From positions 1-64,000 of the IMG/VR virus record IMGVR_UViG_3300044656_000027: a stretch of 64,000 bases of DNA; one strand, 5' to 3'. This DNA is from a virus (taxonomy: Duplodnaviria > Caudoviricetes). Below the pieces are notes generated by a model. The model was not told the origin of the DNA. It searched no databases and worked only from the letters and a program-made list of their open reading frames with translations. How positions within the stretch are numbered: the first letter of the stretch is position 1; every line of letters starts with the position of its first letter. Positions 45,388 to 55,305 of the stretch are shown one piece after another. Position numbers and translations under genes: made by a program.

Positions 45388-48300
45388 TAGACTCCGACCT
45401 GTATGTTCTTTACTCGGGTGTACTCTTCGATTGCGTCAACGATAAGCTTACCAGTCGCCTTAGCTTCTGTTGGCGTACCAGAGTATCCCTCAGGTAGGTT
45501 TACATTTATATTGCCAATTGAGATGGTGCCGCCATTTCCACGAGAGCTAAGTCCTGGATTGAACTGGTTGTTCATAAGTACCTGACGAATTGATTCAGCC
45601 TGCTGAGCAGGAATGATCATCTCGCCCTTGTGGACAATAGCTTGCTGATCCTTATCAATGTTGTAAGCACCAGCAGCATACCAATTGTTCTTCTGGTGGA
45701 AGGACCATGCCTTAGTTGGATCTCCATAGCGGTCAGCAATGTAACCCATCATCCACTGGAGCTGTGTGTCTCCGTTGGTCTGCCAATCCTTACCAGCGCT
45801 AGCCATCTTGGAACCTGGTAGAGCCTGAGGAATTCCATAGGCCCCAGAGCTTGGGTTGGTAGCGTGGACATCCCAGCCAGACTCAGACATGACCAAAGCA
45901 TTGAAGTCATCCCACTCATTACCCCAACCCCTTGCATTAAGAAGCTGCTTGGCGTATGCCTGTAGAGACGCCTTGTCGTTTTGCCCATTACCAGTAGGTA
46001 TGTTTCCTGCACCCGCAGTTGCTCCCGTAGAAGCAGCAGATCCAGTAGAAGATCCAGCAACTACAGAAGTTCCGGCTGTTGAGGTAAGAGCAGCCATTAA
46101 GTTCTGCAACTCTGATGTGCCACCATATGCTCCACCATCTCCACCAGCACCCGGCATGCTGCCTAGAGTTTGTGGAGTCACCTGGTTGTTGGCTGACTGT
46201 CCTGTGCTGGTGTTGTTCAGGAATCTACCAGCATTGGTGAACTCACCAGGGTTCTTAGCGCGAATACGAACATCAGCACCAGTGTGCGGAGCCTCAATGA
46301 TCTGTCCGCCACCAATATCCATAACAACGTGGTGAGCAGGATTACCAACGAATAGCAAGTCACCAGGAAGAGTGTTGTTCAGATCAACACGCTGAGATGC
46401 AGACTGCTGGTCAGCAGCAACACGAGGAATCTTTACACCCGCCTGACCGTAAGCCCACTGAGTAAGACCAGAGCAGTCAAAGCCAACTCCAGGTGTTTCT
46501 CCACCCCAAACGTATGGAACACCAAGTTCTTTCTTAGCGAAACCAATAACAGTTCCCGCGCTTACTCCCATATTGGAAGCACCATTACCAGGAGTATTAC
46601 CTACTACAGAAGAGGAACCTCCACCAGAACGTCCAGTGGTTCCAGATCCTCGGTGAGTTGCGATGAAGTTATTAATCCACGCGTCTCTCTTCTTTTGATC
46701 CTTCCACCCAATCGGAGAGTTCAGACCGTATTGGTACTGGGACATGAAGTCTTCGAAGTTGCCCTTTGTCCAATCTGCTGGTCGAGGGATCTTGGAGAAT
46801 GGAATGTTCTTGGAGTGGTTGTACATCCAATCCCAGGTAACACGCTGAGTTGTATCTCCTGCACCAGCAGCAGCTAACAAAGTAAGACCAACTGGATTAG
46901 CAGCGGTCATAGCTGCTTCGGTTCCACCCGCAGCCGTAAGTCCGGGTTCCATAGACGTGATGTTGTAAGCGCCACCAGGACCGGGGGTCCCACCAATTGG
47001 ACCTGTTGGAAGTCCACGGCTAGCCGCCGCAGCGCCACCAGAACCAAACCCCATGTTCTTCATAAGCCCTGACAGGCTTCCTAAGCCACCGAAAAGTTTC
47101 ATGGCACCGAAGAGTCCGGCACCCATTCCAAAGGCTCCTGAGAAGCCACTGAGAGCGTTTGAGATAGGTGCTGCGATTCCAGCAGAAGTACCAACAAGCT
47201 TGTCCAATCCAGTGGTCTTCATCAAATCAGTAAGGGCCTGACTGAACTTGTTAACTACATCTGTTGTGTTCTTGAAGGCTGTAGCCATGGATTCATTGAT
47301 ATCTTCCTGGCGGTTCATTCTTGTGGAGTTCAAGTTACGTTGAGCTTCAAAGGCAGACTGGCCAACCCCAATGGACTTAAGCTGATTGCGTGCTGCTAAG
47401 CCTGCCTTGGAATTGGAGGACGCTTGATTCATCAGAGAGACATACTGGCTCTGGGACATTCCCTTGTTCTGAGCAAGAACCATTCCTTGTAGGTATCCCA
47501 TGTACTCTTGCTGAGTTTGTCCACTCCAACCCATCTGCGCACCAAGACTTCTCAAGGTTGTAGCCAAGGAACCGTTTTGAGTTATGGACTTACCAAATCC
47601 TTGAGAGGTGATCTTCTGATTTCCAAAGACATAACTATACAGACTTTGAGCAACATCTCCTACGTTCTGAGTATTGGGATTAATGTTCAGTCCGAATGCT
47701 TGTCCCATCATAATGCTTCGTGCAGAGAACGTCTGCTGTGCAGTAGTAGCCGCAGTGCTGAAACCTAGAGTTGGGTTAGCATATGCAAAACCACCAACAG
47801 CACTCATCTGCTGACGGTAGTAAGCATTCTGAGAACCATTAGCATTCATCGAAGGACCGAAAGTGTACTGCCCCGTGTACTGACCCTTGTAAAGATCCTG
47901 TGCGGATAGTGCTCCATAGGATTGCTGCATTGCATAACGCGCGGCATTGTTGATATTTGCTTGGGTTACATTACCAGCAAGTTGAGAAGCCTGGACACCG
48001 TAGTAATCCTGCTGCATCATGCCAGCCATGTTCTTGTTACCGTAATCAGCCGCAGCCGTTCCAATGGCAGCTAGAGCAGCAAATCCAGCAGACAGGCGAG
48101 ATCCAGAACCCAAAGCACCAAAGCTTCCGCCCCCACCATTAGCATTGCGGTTAAGCATTCCTCCAAGAGTGAACTTACCGCCGCCCCCATTAGCGGAGTA
48201 GTTAGCGCGATTAGATGACGAGTTCCAATTGTAGGAGCTAGTAGATCCAGTGGCACGGTTGTTGGAGCTGGTCAGTGCATTCATCGCACCAGCCAACTTC

Positions 48301-48410
48301 TCCACATTCATATTCAGTTTATCGATTTTGGCATCTAATGAATCAACCGCCTGTTGAAGACCATTGGTCCCCAACAAGCGGCTGGCTCCGATGTTGTTTT
48401 CCTCAGCCAC
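45387..48410 (-). CDS. Tape measure protein with NlpC/P60 and lytic transglycosylase domains
   Basis: 1007 aa, A/G-rich; PYVWGG..P..GFDCSGL; ESGW...A.NPSSGAYGIPQALP. Confidence 0.9.
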   Translation of the reverse strand: MAEENNIGASRLLGTNGLQQAVDSLDAKIDKLNMNVEKLAGAMNALTSSNNRATGSTSSYNWNSSSNRANYSANGGGGKFTLGGMLNRNANGGGGSFGALGSGSRLSAGFAALAAIGTAAADYGNKNMAGMMQQDYYGVQASQLAGNVTQANINNAARYAMQQSYGALSAQDLYKGQYTGQYTFGPSMNANGSQNAYYRQQMSAVGGFAYANPTLGFSTAATTAQQTFSARSIMMGQAFGLNINPNTQNVGDVAQSLYSYVFGNQKITSQGFGKSITQNGSLATTLRSLGAQMGWSGQTQQEYMGYLQGMVLAQNKGMSQSQYVSLMNQASSNSKAGLAARNQLKSIGVGQSAFEAQRNLNSTRMNRQEDINESMATAFKNTTDVVNKFSQALTDLMKTTGLDKLVGTSAGIAAPISNALSGFSGAFGMGAGLFGAMKLFGGLGSLSGLMKNMGFGSGGAAAASRGLPTGPIGGTPGPGGAYNITSMEPGLTAAGGTEAAMTAANPVGLTLLAAAGAGDTTQRVTWDWMYNHSKNIPFSKIPRPADWTKGNFEDFMSQYQYGLNSPIGWKDQKKRDAWINNFIATHRGSGTTGRSGGGSSSVVGNTPGNGASNMGVSAGTVIGFAKKELGVPYVWGGETPGVGFDCSGLTQWAYGQAGVKIPRVAADQQSASQRVDLNNTLPGDLLFVGNPAHHVVMDIGGGQIIEAPHTGADVRIRAKNPGEFTNAGRFLNNTSTGQSANNQVTPQTLGSMPGAGGDGGAYGGTSELQNLMAALTSTAGTSVVAGSSTGSAASTGATAGAGNIPTGNGQNDKASLQAYAKQLLNARGWGNEWDDFNALVMSESGWDVHATNPSSGAYGIPQALPGSKMASAGKDWQTNGDTQLQWMMGYIADRYGDPTKAWSFHQKNNWYAAGAYNIDKDQQAIVHKGEMIIPAQQAESIRQVLMNNQFNPGLSSRGNGGTISIGNINVNLPEGYSGTPTEAKATGKLIVDAIEEYTRVKNIQVGV

Positions 48411-48431
48411 TTGGTCTCCTATGTTAAGTCG

Positions 48432-48692
48432 TTACCTTCCATTATACCTAAATGGCTTTCCGCTGAAAGTAACTCCCTGACCAATAGAGCCAGTGACGAC
48501 CTGAGGCGCGTTATTCTGTTGGTGCATTCTCTGGTATTTCTGTTCCAATTCCCAGAGCACTCTGTTAACCCAATGTAGGCGTTCTCTTCTATTAAGTCTT
48601 TTAATATCGGAGAGTGGCCAATTGTAATTATCTACTAATTGTTCATAATCTTTATAGAGTAATTCTAAATTAGATACCGCGAAATAGGGCAC
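48432..48692 (-). CDS. Second tail-assembly chaperone ORF, possibly made by +1 frameshift
   Basis: Y..L...Y.W.LSDIK.L..RER..W; overlaps the upstream stop in the +1 frame. Confidence 0.65.
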   Translation of the reverse strand: MPYFAVSNLELLYKDYEQLVDNYNWPLSDIKRLNRRERLHWVNRVLWELEQKYQRMHQQNNAPQVVTGSIGQGVTFSGKPFRYNGR

Positions 48693-49542
48693 CCACGCTT
48701 AGAGGAATGGTTAGCTCCCCTTCGCAACTTGGGCAAGAACCTGAGACCTCATCATAGCGAGGACCAGGATTGATGTTGTAAATGAAATCCTGTACAGCTC
48801 TGCGGTCAGCTAGACCTAGCTTCTTCACATCATTCAACCCGTTGCATGGAGTCTCATTGCCTGTAGCGTCTACGAAAGACAGAATGCAATGGGCAAGAGT
48901 TACCGTATTCATTTCGGGAATGGTCAGTGGCTTCTTGAAAAGCTCCGTCTGTAGAGCACCCGTAGGCAGAGTAATACGAGCCTTGCGACCCTTACGCAGG
49001 TCAACAACATATTCTCTCTGCTCTGGATCTTCCAGCTTACGTACTGGGATATCAGAGAGATTAAGCTGGAGATCATTAGCCTCACCACAGTGAGGACACT
49101 CAAGACCATTAAGCTCAAAGTCTTCTCCGAAGGTAGCACGACGAATACCAAGGATCAGCATGTCTAGGTCTCCCTGTAGCATGCCGTCCAGAATGGCTGG
49201 AGTGGCCTTTACATCGCCGATCGATACCACGCCGCACTGGAGTAGCGTGCTGATGAACTTAGCAGGGTTAGGAGCCTGTCTGGCCTTTGCCAACAACTCT
49301 TCATGCTCTCCAGTAAGTTCCTGTACCTCAGCGTCCTGAAGAACTTCTCCGTCATCTGCTACAAGTCCACCAGGAAGCTGGACATAACATTCTGGATATG
49401 GCTCGATGACAGGGGCAGATTGCGGAGTAAGAGAACTCAGTACCTTCTTAGTCAATGCATTAAGGTCTGATGTTTCTGCCGTGTGAATCTGCCCCTGATC
49501 ATCATCAAAGGACATACTGTATTGTGGCTTCTCGTATTCCAT
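48670..49542 (-). CDS. Tail/baseplate assembly chaperone (gp26-like)
   Basis: V.ELTG..EE, GD...L.LGIR..TFG, CPHC and CPSC; lies between tube and tape measure. Confidence 0.8.
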   Translation of the reverse strand: MEYEKPQYSMSFDDDQGQIHTAETSDLNALTKKVLSSLTPQSAPVIEPYPECYVQLPGGLVADDGEVLQDAEVQELTGEHEELLAKARQAPNPAKFISTLLQCGVVSIGDVKATPAILDGMLQGDLDMLILGIRRATFGEDFELNGLECPHCGEANDLQLNLSDIPVRKLEDPEQREYVVDLRKGRKARITLPTGALQTELFKKPLTIPEMNTVTLAHCILSFVDATGNETPCNGLNDVKKLGLADRRAVQDFIYNINPGPRYDEVSGSCPSCEGELTIPLSVGALFRGI

Positions 49543-49580
49543 TTAAACTTCCTTTAGTAGTTCGATTTCAGACTAGCTCT

Positions 49581-50156
49581 TTAGAATGATACTCCATTTA
49601 GGCCCGTCTTAGAAGCGAGCTTGAAGTCGAATCCTTCGTGTGCCAAGGACATCTGCTGCATAAGAACTGCATTAGCTCCAGCGTCCAAGTCAGAGAAGGC
49701 GATGCTTGTTGGCCATGCGTTGTACACACGATAGATTGCCTTTACAGGAACCTGTGGTGTAGTAACAGGGTGATCAAGAACCATGATGTCAACCGTTGCG
49801 CGGAAGTCCGCACCTGGGAAACCGGTTCCTGTTCCCTGCATAACAGCGAACAATTCCTGCATCCATTGCCATAATGGACCAGAGCCGACAGCTACTCCTT
49901 GGCTCAACGTGATCGGGGCGAAGTCGCTCTGACCAGGCATCTTCTGAGTTGTCGTGTTCATTCCACCCTCACGGTACGGAATTACTTCCGTCGTGATGTT
50001 TAGTCCACTGACTGTCATGAATCCTAGGTTAGCGAAGCCGCTAATCTTAGGGTGCATGATATTTACGTTGAACTTAAAGTTTCTCAACGGATCAGTGGCA
50101 AGGTGGGCAATAGAGGGAGTCGCCTTTAGGATTGGCGCATTACCTACTGTAGCCAT
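49581..50156 (-). CDS. Tail tube protein (gp19 family)
   Basis: DPLRNFKF.V, GF..VSGL, YREGG, PG...F..ITL..GV, NAWP and L.HEG. Confidence 0.95.
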   Translation of the reverse strand: MATVGNAPILKATPSIAHLATDPLRNFKFNVNIMHPKISGFANLGFMTVSGLNITTEVIPYREGGMNTTTQKMPGQSDFAPITLSQGVAVGSGPLWQWMQELFAVMQGTGTGFPGADFRATVDIMVLDHPVTTPQVPVKAIYRVYNAWPTSIAFSDLDAGANAVLMQQMSLAHEGFDFKLASKTGLNGVSF

Positions 50157-50169
50157 TTATCTATTCTCC

Positions 50170-52089
50170 TTAGGCTGAGGTGGTTGTGGAAGCAGCCATC
50201 TGGTTGATGTTAATGACGATGAACTCAGCAGGTGTATTCAAGGCAATACCAACCTGAACGTGAACTTCACCAGCGGCGATTGTGGTTGGGGTATTTACTC
50301 CAGAGTCACACTGTACGTAGTAAGCCTGCTGTGGAGTGTCACCCTGTAGAACTCCTGCCTGCCAAATTCCCTGTAGGTACTGAGCAACTACAGCAGACAG
50401 GCGAGCCCATAGCTGAGAGTTGTTGTTCTCGAATACCGCGAACTGAGTCAGGTTGTTCAAGTTGTAGGTGATGTTCAACAGCGTACGCTCAATAGATACA
50501 TAACGTGTTGGAAGATTTGTCAGGGTAGTACGTGCACCCATTACGCAATATCCATAGGAAGCTACGTTACGAATTACGTTGATACCCTGAACATTCAGTG
50601 TATCCAGGTTGGAGTTCTGGAATGTTAATTCTGTAGAAGCCACACGAAGAAGTGGAATGGTTACACCAGCAGGGGACTTCTGTACTCCGTAGAGAGCATC
50701 AGTCTGGCTGATCAAACCAAGTACAGCGCCACCAGGAGGCAGCGTACGCGTAGCACCAGGAGTCGTAGAGATTGGATCAGGTACATTCAACCAAGGACCA
50801 TAGATAGCGGCTCCAGAAGTCAATGGTGAGATTGAGTTGGAACCAACCACCATAGACAGGTAGTTGTTAACTGTGGAAGTTTCGTTAGGCGTTACACCAT
50901 CAGATCCAATTACTGCCTGAGGAGTATCCACAACCACAAACATGTTCGGAGTTGAGGAGGTGTAAGCAAGTAGAGGATTCAGTGTAGAGGTGGAACTGAT
51001 TCCTGGGAAGTTGATATCAAGCGTTCCCTGGATTGTTCCAAGCTGTTGTACCGCAGTTAGTAGAGAAGGTGAAGCTACACCATCAGAACCAGATGCCAGT
51101 GCTACACCGCTTTGAGCTTGTGGCGTCATAGCAGAGGTCCATGTGGTGTATGTTCCTAGGTCAACTGCACGAATGTACTTAGATCCCAGAAGTGTGGAGT
51201 TGATCATAGATACAGCGTATCTTTGGTCAGTGCGGTTCATGGACATATCTAGGAAACGCTCTACGATTGTGGCGTCTGTAGTTCCACCGTAGTGGACAAT
51301 TAAGTTGAAGCGCCCGGCTCCAGTGTTGGAGTCAACGATGTCAACGTAGATATTGTTTCCCCACGCACCAGCGGATACACAAGAAAGCTTTAGGATTGGA
51401 ACTGGAGTACCTGTGGTGTTGTACAGAGGAATAGCACCAAGAGGTGTGTAGGAACCATTGTCAGTAAAGGTTAAGGTTCCTGCTGCTACAGAGCTGAGCT
51501 TCAATGGTGTAGCAAGCGGTCCACCAGTAGTCAGGTTACGACGGTAGATGTTGTAACCCGTAATGGTTCCAGAGGTGGCAGTCCATGTCAGTACAACGTT
51601 GTTCGTGTTGGAAAGAGTCTGATTAGCCACAGCAGTTGCAACTACAGAGCCATTGGTCTCTCCACCAGCAGTGGTAGCTGTTACGGTGTACTCGTAAGTG
51701 TAAGAAGGAGTTACAGTTCCACCCGGAGTAGCTACAAGGTTAGTAGGCGGAAGAACAGCGCCAGCTCCAGCCTCACGGTCATTCATGGTTAGCGTTGCAG
51801 TTACAGCGTCAGAAGCAGTAGCGCGAACTACATAGCACTGGTTACCGTTGTTCTGGAAGTACTGCCATACCGCAAAAGGCAAGTAGTTGGTAGAGCTGGA
51901 AGCAGTAGCGTTTCCGAATCCACCAAAGAGGTTCTGGAAGTCATTCCAGCTCTTTAGAAGGGTAGGGGTGGTTGGTCCCTGTGTGTGAACTCCGACGAAG
52001 GCAGCGGTAGATTGTCCGGGTGATGTACTCCCCGTTGTAATCGGAGTCAAGAGCGTATTAACATATACGCCTGGACGAGAGTAAGGCAT
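50170..52089 (-). CDS. Tail sheath protein with an FN3/Ig-like insertion
   Basis: YSRPGVYV, GP..PT...SW..F...FG, GINVIR, GART, YVSI.R, FAVFE.N and PAEFIVI. Confidence 0.95.
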   Translation of the reverse strand: MPYSRPGVYVNTLLTPITTGSTSPGQSTAAFVGVHTQGPTTPTLLKSWNDFQNLFGGFGNATASSSTNYLPFAVWQYFQNNGNQCYVVRATASDAVTATLTMNDREAGAGAVLPPTNLVATPGGTVTPSYTYEYTVTATTAGGETNGSVVATAVANQTLSNTNNVVLTWTATSGTITGYNIYRRNLTTGGPLATPLKLSSVAAGTLTFTDNGSYTPLGAIPLYNTTGTPVPILKLSCVSAGAWGNNIYVDIVDSNTGAGRFNLIVHYGGTTDATIVERFLDMSMNRTDQRYAVSMINSTLLGSKYIRAVDLGTYTTWTSAMTPQAQSGVALASGSDGVASPSLLTAVQQLGTIQGTLDINFPGISSTSTLNPLLAYTSSTPNMFVVVDTPQAVIGSDGVTPNETSTVNNYLSMVVGSNSISPLTSGAAIYGPWLNVPDPISTTPGATRTLPPGGAVLGLISQTDALYGVQKSPAGVTIPLLRVASTELTFQNSNLDTLNVQGINVIRNVASYGYCVMGARTTLTNLPTRYVSIERTLLNITYNLNNLTQFAVFENNNSQLWARLSAVVAQYLQGIWQAGVLQGDTPQQAYYVQCDSGVNTPTTIAAGEVHVQVGIALNTPAEFIVININQMAASTTTSA

Positions 52090-52099
52090 TTAATATCTC

Positions 52100-52720
52100 C
52101 TAGTTTTGAGGCGGCAGGACAGTAATGTTGTTAACTGTCTTCTGGACCTGGTAGTAGGTATCGATCTCTACTGGCAATAGTTCAGTAGATACACGAACAG
52201 TGTATACATTGTGGAACAATCTCTTGCCATCGGCATCATGAGTGTTCTGTCTTTCTGGACCTGCCATCAGATCCATTCTGCGCACCGTGCCATCTTCGGG
52301 TATAGCTAGATAGCCATGACGTACGCTGAGGAAATCCGGACCGGACAATATTGCTGTAAGCAAAGTAGAGTGCTTATTGTTCTGGGATAGGACTTCTATT
52401 TGATAATCAATATTATACGGGATTGGCGTGAAAGCCCAGTACGGGCTATTAGTCACATCTAGATTACCATCATTGATCCATTGTGTGAAATTCTCCGGAG
52501 TATATGGTAATTGGTACCAACCTGACCCAGCTCTCTCTGCATCGAATGAGAGCCCAACATTACAGATAACGATGGATGGGTAGGTCAGGTTGACTAGTTC
52601 AACATCGGGGTCCAACCAAATAGCTTGGACTGGTCTACCCGTGTCTGGCGCGTTCACGTCCGGTACTACTAGGTTGGAGAACTTGTCCTTCATTGCTCTG
52701 TCTTCATTGAAGATAAACAT
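52100..52720 (-). CDS. Tail terminator / tail completion protein
   Basis: Upstream of the sheath; YPSI and P.PYNIDYQI. Confidence 0.7.
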   Translation of the reverse strand: MFIFNEDRAMKDKFSNLVVPDVNAPDTGRPVQAIWLDPDVELVNLTYPSIVICNVGLSFDAERAGSGWYQLPYTPENFTQWINDGNLDVTNSPYWAFTPIPYNIDYQIEVLSQNNKHSTLLTAILSGPDFLSVRHGYLAIPEDGTVRRMDLMAGPERQNTHDADGKRLFHNVYTVRVSTELLPVEIDTYYQVQKTVNNITVLPPQN

Positions 52721-52736
52721 TGTTCTCCTTTAGGGA

Positions 52737-53012
52737 TTAGTAATTAGCAGAAACGTCAGTTTCAGTCTCAGTTATAAATTCTACTTGGAATAAGCTTAGA
52801 TGCGCACCAGTTCCATAAAGGCTTACCCAGTTAAAACTAGTTAAGTCAGCCTTTATAGCAGAGATCATTCTATTGAGTTGCGTAGATGTAGCAGAATATT
52901 GATTGATGTATATACCAACATTTTCTACTATACTGCCAGAACCGTCTTGTACCTGATATCCAATTAGATATACTGGATAATCAAATGTCTGACCATTTCT
53001 AAATAGAGACAT
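52737..53012 (-). CDS. Small AT-rich protein after the spike gene, possible chaperone
   Basis: MSLFRNGQ start just after the spike stop. Confidence 0.55.
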   Translation of the reverse strand: MSLFRNGQTFDYPVYLIGYQVQDGSGSIVENVGIYINQYSATSTQLNRMISAIKADLTSFNWVSLYGTGAHLSLFQVEFITETETDVSANY

Positions 53013-53013
53013 A

Positions 53014-55296
53014 TTAAGCCATTCTTCTAATGTCCCCACCCAACAAGCTTACAGTCTGAGCAGAACTCAGGTTGATCTGTACAGCTAGAGCAGATGTGGA
53101 CGTGGTTACGATGGTGACTGGTGCGCTTGATGTGATCAAGAATGGGGTAAGAGCACCTGTAGTTGATGAAGTTCCGATCTGGAATTCCAGAACACCTACA
53201 GCAGAAGTAGTGCTTCGGATGTTTACTACTCCTCTAAACGCAAATGGATACGTCAGAGAAGCAGTTAGAGAAGGAGCAGTACCTATAGTTGCCAACGCTG
53301 TACCTGCCCAGTACAATCCAAAGCCCATTGTAGTGGCCGTGGAGTTCGTAGTGATTGTTCCATATCCATTAATCTCGTATACAGCACCAGCAATAGCATC
53401 GTTAGCAGGAACATTGAAGGTGTATAACGCCTGCAAACCTGTAGTAGTTACGGAGGCCGTAGCCGTTACCTGGTTTGCTAGACCCGCCTCAGTAAGAACA
53501 AGACCATTTGAATTACGTGTCTTTAAGTTTCCACCTTGGCTATACAGCAAACCTCCACCAGTAGGATTGGTAGTTGGAACAGTCGTAGCGTTAGCTAGCT
53601 TAAGCTCACCAACACCATTATCTCCCAGATCCGTAGCCGTACCTACAAGAAGGTTGGGCTGAGCATAGAACACAGTTGCCGCTGCACGGCCCGTAAAGGC
53701 ATCTCTGGCGGCCGATCCTGACCCGTAAGCCTGAGAACCATCTCCGAGCAGTCTGTATCGGTCAAACGTGTCCGCACCGTTTACGTTGCTGGAGATAATA
53801 GTGTTTCCTACAACTGTTGGCTGCGAGGCAATCAGACCGTTGGTAATGATGGCGTTACCTGAGGCAGGCAGGAATCTAGTGGTAGTAGCAAAGGTGTACT
53901 GACCGCTGGTTGCCTCTAGCACTCCCAAGGGGGAATTAGTAAACCAGTTGGTAGAAGAAGCACCAGTTCCACCAAACGCACAGTTGAATACACGAACAGG
54001 AGCAGAAGCCGGGAAGTTGATAGTCTGCTGAACTCCAGCTACACCAGTGGAAACAATAGGAGAATCGAAACGACATCCACTGATGTACCCATTGGAAGAA
54101 CCAGACCAGTTGATGTCATAGTTCGTACCCGTTGCACCAGCACCAGAAGTGGAGAAGAACACGTCAGTGAAGTGAACTACAGCACCAGTACCCGTAATGG
54201 CAGCGCCATGTGTCTGGTTGTTGATGAAGCGCAAGGTATTGAAGCGAAGCTGTGTAGCTCCACCTGTTACATTCAAACCAATAAGACCCTGCTGAATAAC
54301 TCCACCATTGAGCTGAACGTTTTGCGGAGAACCATTGGGTCCGTCCTCAATCAATACACAGTTACCCGTGCTTGGTCCGAGACCGTCGAAGTTCTTGATG
54401 AACTGCGCTGCACAGTTTCCCTTAATGTGGAGTGACGCACCAGTTCCCAAAGAAGTCCAGACCAGGTTGTTGCTAGTCAGAACATCCCAAGAGTCTTCGA
54501 TGTGAATACCGTCAAGGTTGGCAGAAGCTCCCGTGGTGACACCACCAGAGATGATCTCGTTGTTCAGAATGAAGGAGTTGACAGCGAAACCTGATGCAGT
54601 GTTTCCGATGAATCTAATTCCCCCAGCAGAAGAGCGGATGATGTTGTGGGAGATCATCGTTCCGTCAGGGTTGTTGCTTGTTCCAGTTCCACCAATGATG
54701 TTGACTGCCCAACCGTTAATGAACCAGAACACACAACGAGAAACCTTACCTCTACGAACCGAGTTGACTTGGATAGCATCAGCCACAGGGTTGCTGGTGG
54801 TCGTAGAGTTGTTTCCCTGGATAGTCAAGTCAGTAACTTCACAGGTATTGGCTGTGATGTTGAAGACGGTAGAACCCGCGAAGGATGTACCAATAGTAAT
54901 CTTGGCGGCTTCGGCCCCAGCACCCATAATCTTGGTGCCCACATTGGAGACCGTTACGGCTGAGCTGTTGAACAGGTAGTTACCTGGTGGAACGTATACA
55001 GTTCCTCCCGCAGTGGCAGCATTACACGCAGCCTGGAAGGCAGCAGTGTCATCAGCGACACCATTACCTAAAGCGCCATAGTCCTTGACGTTGTAGTTGT
55101 TTACACCAGAGACGGCACCTGAGGAGATACCTAGATTCTGTCTGGCGAGAGGAACGTTAGTCAGGTCAGATAGATTGTTGGCAGCCTGTAGAGAGGACGC
55201 AATGGCACCAGTAGTATTCGCGTCCAATTGCGCCAAGATGGTATTAAGAGGTGCGTCCCAGTTAAGGGTTCCTCTTGCGATAGGAGTAATAGCCAT
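53014..55296 (-). CDS. Beta-helix (pectate-lyase-like) spike/depolymerase
   Basis: NVKDYGALGNGVADDTAAFQAA......GGTVYVPPGNY followed by beta-helix repeats. Confidence 0.88.
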   Translation of the reverse strand: MAITPIARGTLNWDAPLNTILAQLDANTTGAIASSLQAANNLSDLTNVPLARQNLGISSGAVSGVNNYNVKDYGALGNGVADDTAAFQAACNAATAGGTVYVPPGNYLFNSSAVTVSNVGTKIMGAGAEAAKITIGTSFAGSTVFNITANTCEVTDLTIQGNNSTTTSNPVADAIQVNSVRRGKVSRCVFWFINGWAVNIIGGTGTSNNPDGTMISHNIIRSSAGGIRFIGNTASGFAVNSFILNNEIISGGVTTGASANLDGIHIEDSWDVLTSNNLVWTSLGTGASLHIKGNCAAQFIKNFDGLGPSTGNCVLIEDGPNGSPQNVQLNGGVIQQGLIGLNVTGGATQLRFNTLRFINNQTHGAAITGTGAVVHFTDVFFSTSGAGATGTNYDINWSGSSNGYISGCRFDSPIVSTGVAGVQQTINFPASAPVRVFNCAFGGTGASSTNWFTNSPLGVLEATSGQYTFATTTRFLPASGNAIITNGLIASQPTVVGNTIISSNVNGADTFDRYRLLGDGSQAYGSGSAARDAFTGRAAATVFYAQPNLLVGTATDLGDNGVGELKLANATTVPTTNPTGGGLLYSQGGNLKTRNSNGLVLTEAGLANQVTATASVTTTGLQALYTFNVPANDAIAGAVYEINGYGTITTNSTATTMGFGLYWAGTALATIGTAPSLTASLTYPFAFRGVVNIRSTTSAVGVLEFQIGTSSTTGALTPFLITSSAPVTIVTTSTSALAVQINLSSAQTVSLLGGDIRRMA

Positions 55297-55305
55297 TAAA
55301 ACCTC

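Noticed and set aside
40368-52089. Stand-alone contractile injection system (eCIS)
   Set aside because: Portal, scaffold, capsid and full replication genes are linked, so this is a phage tail.
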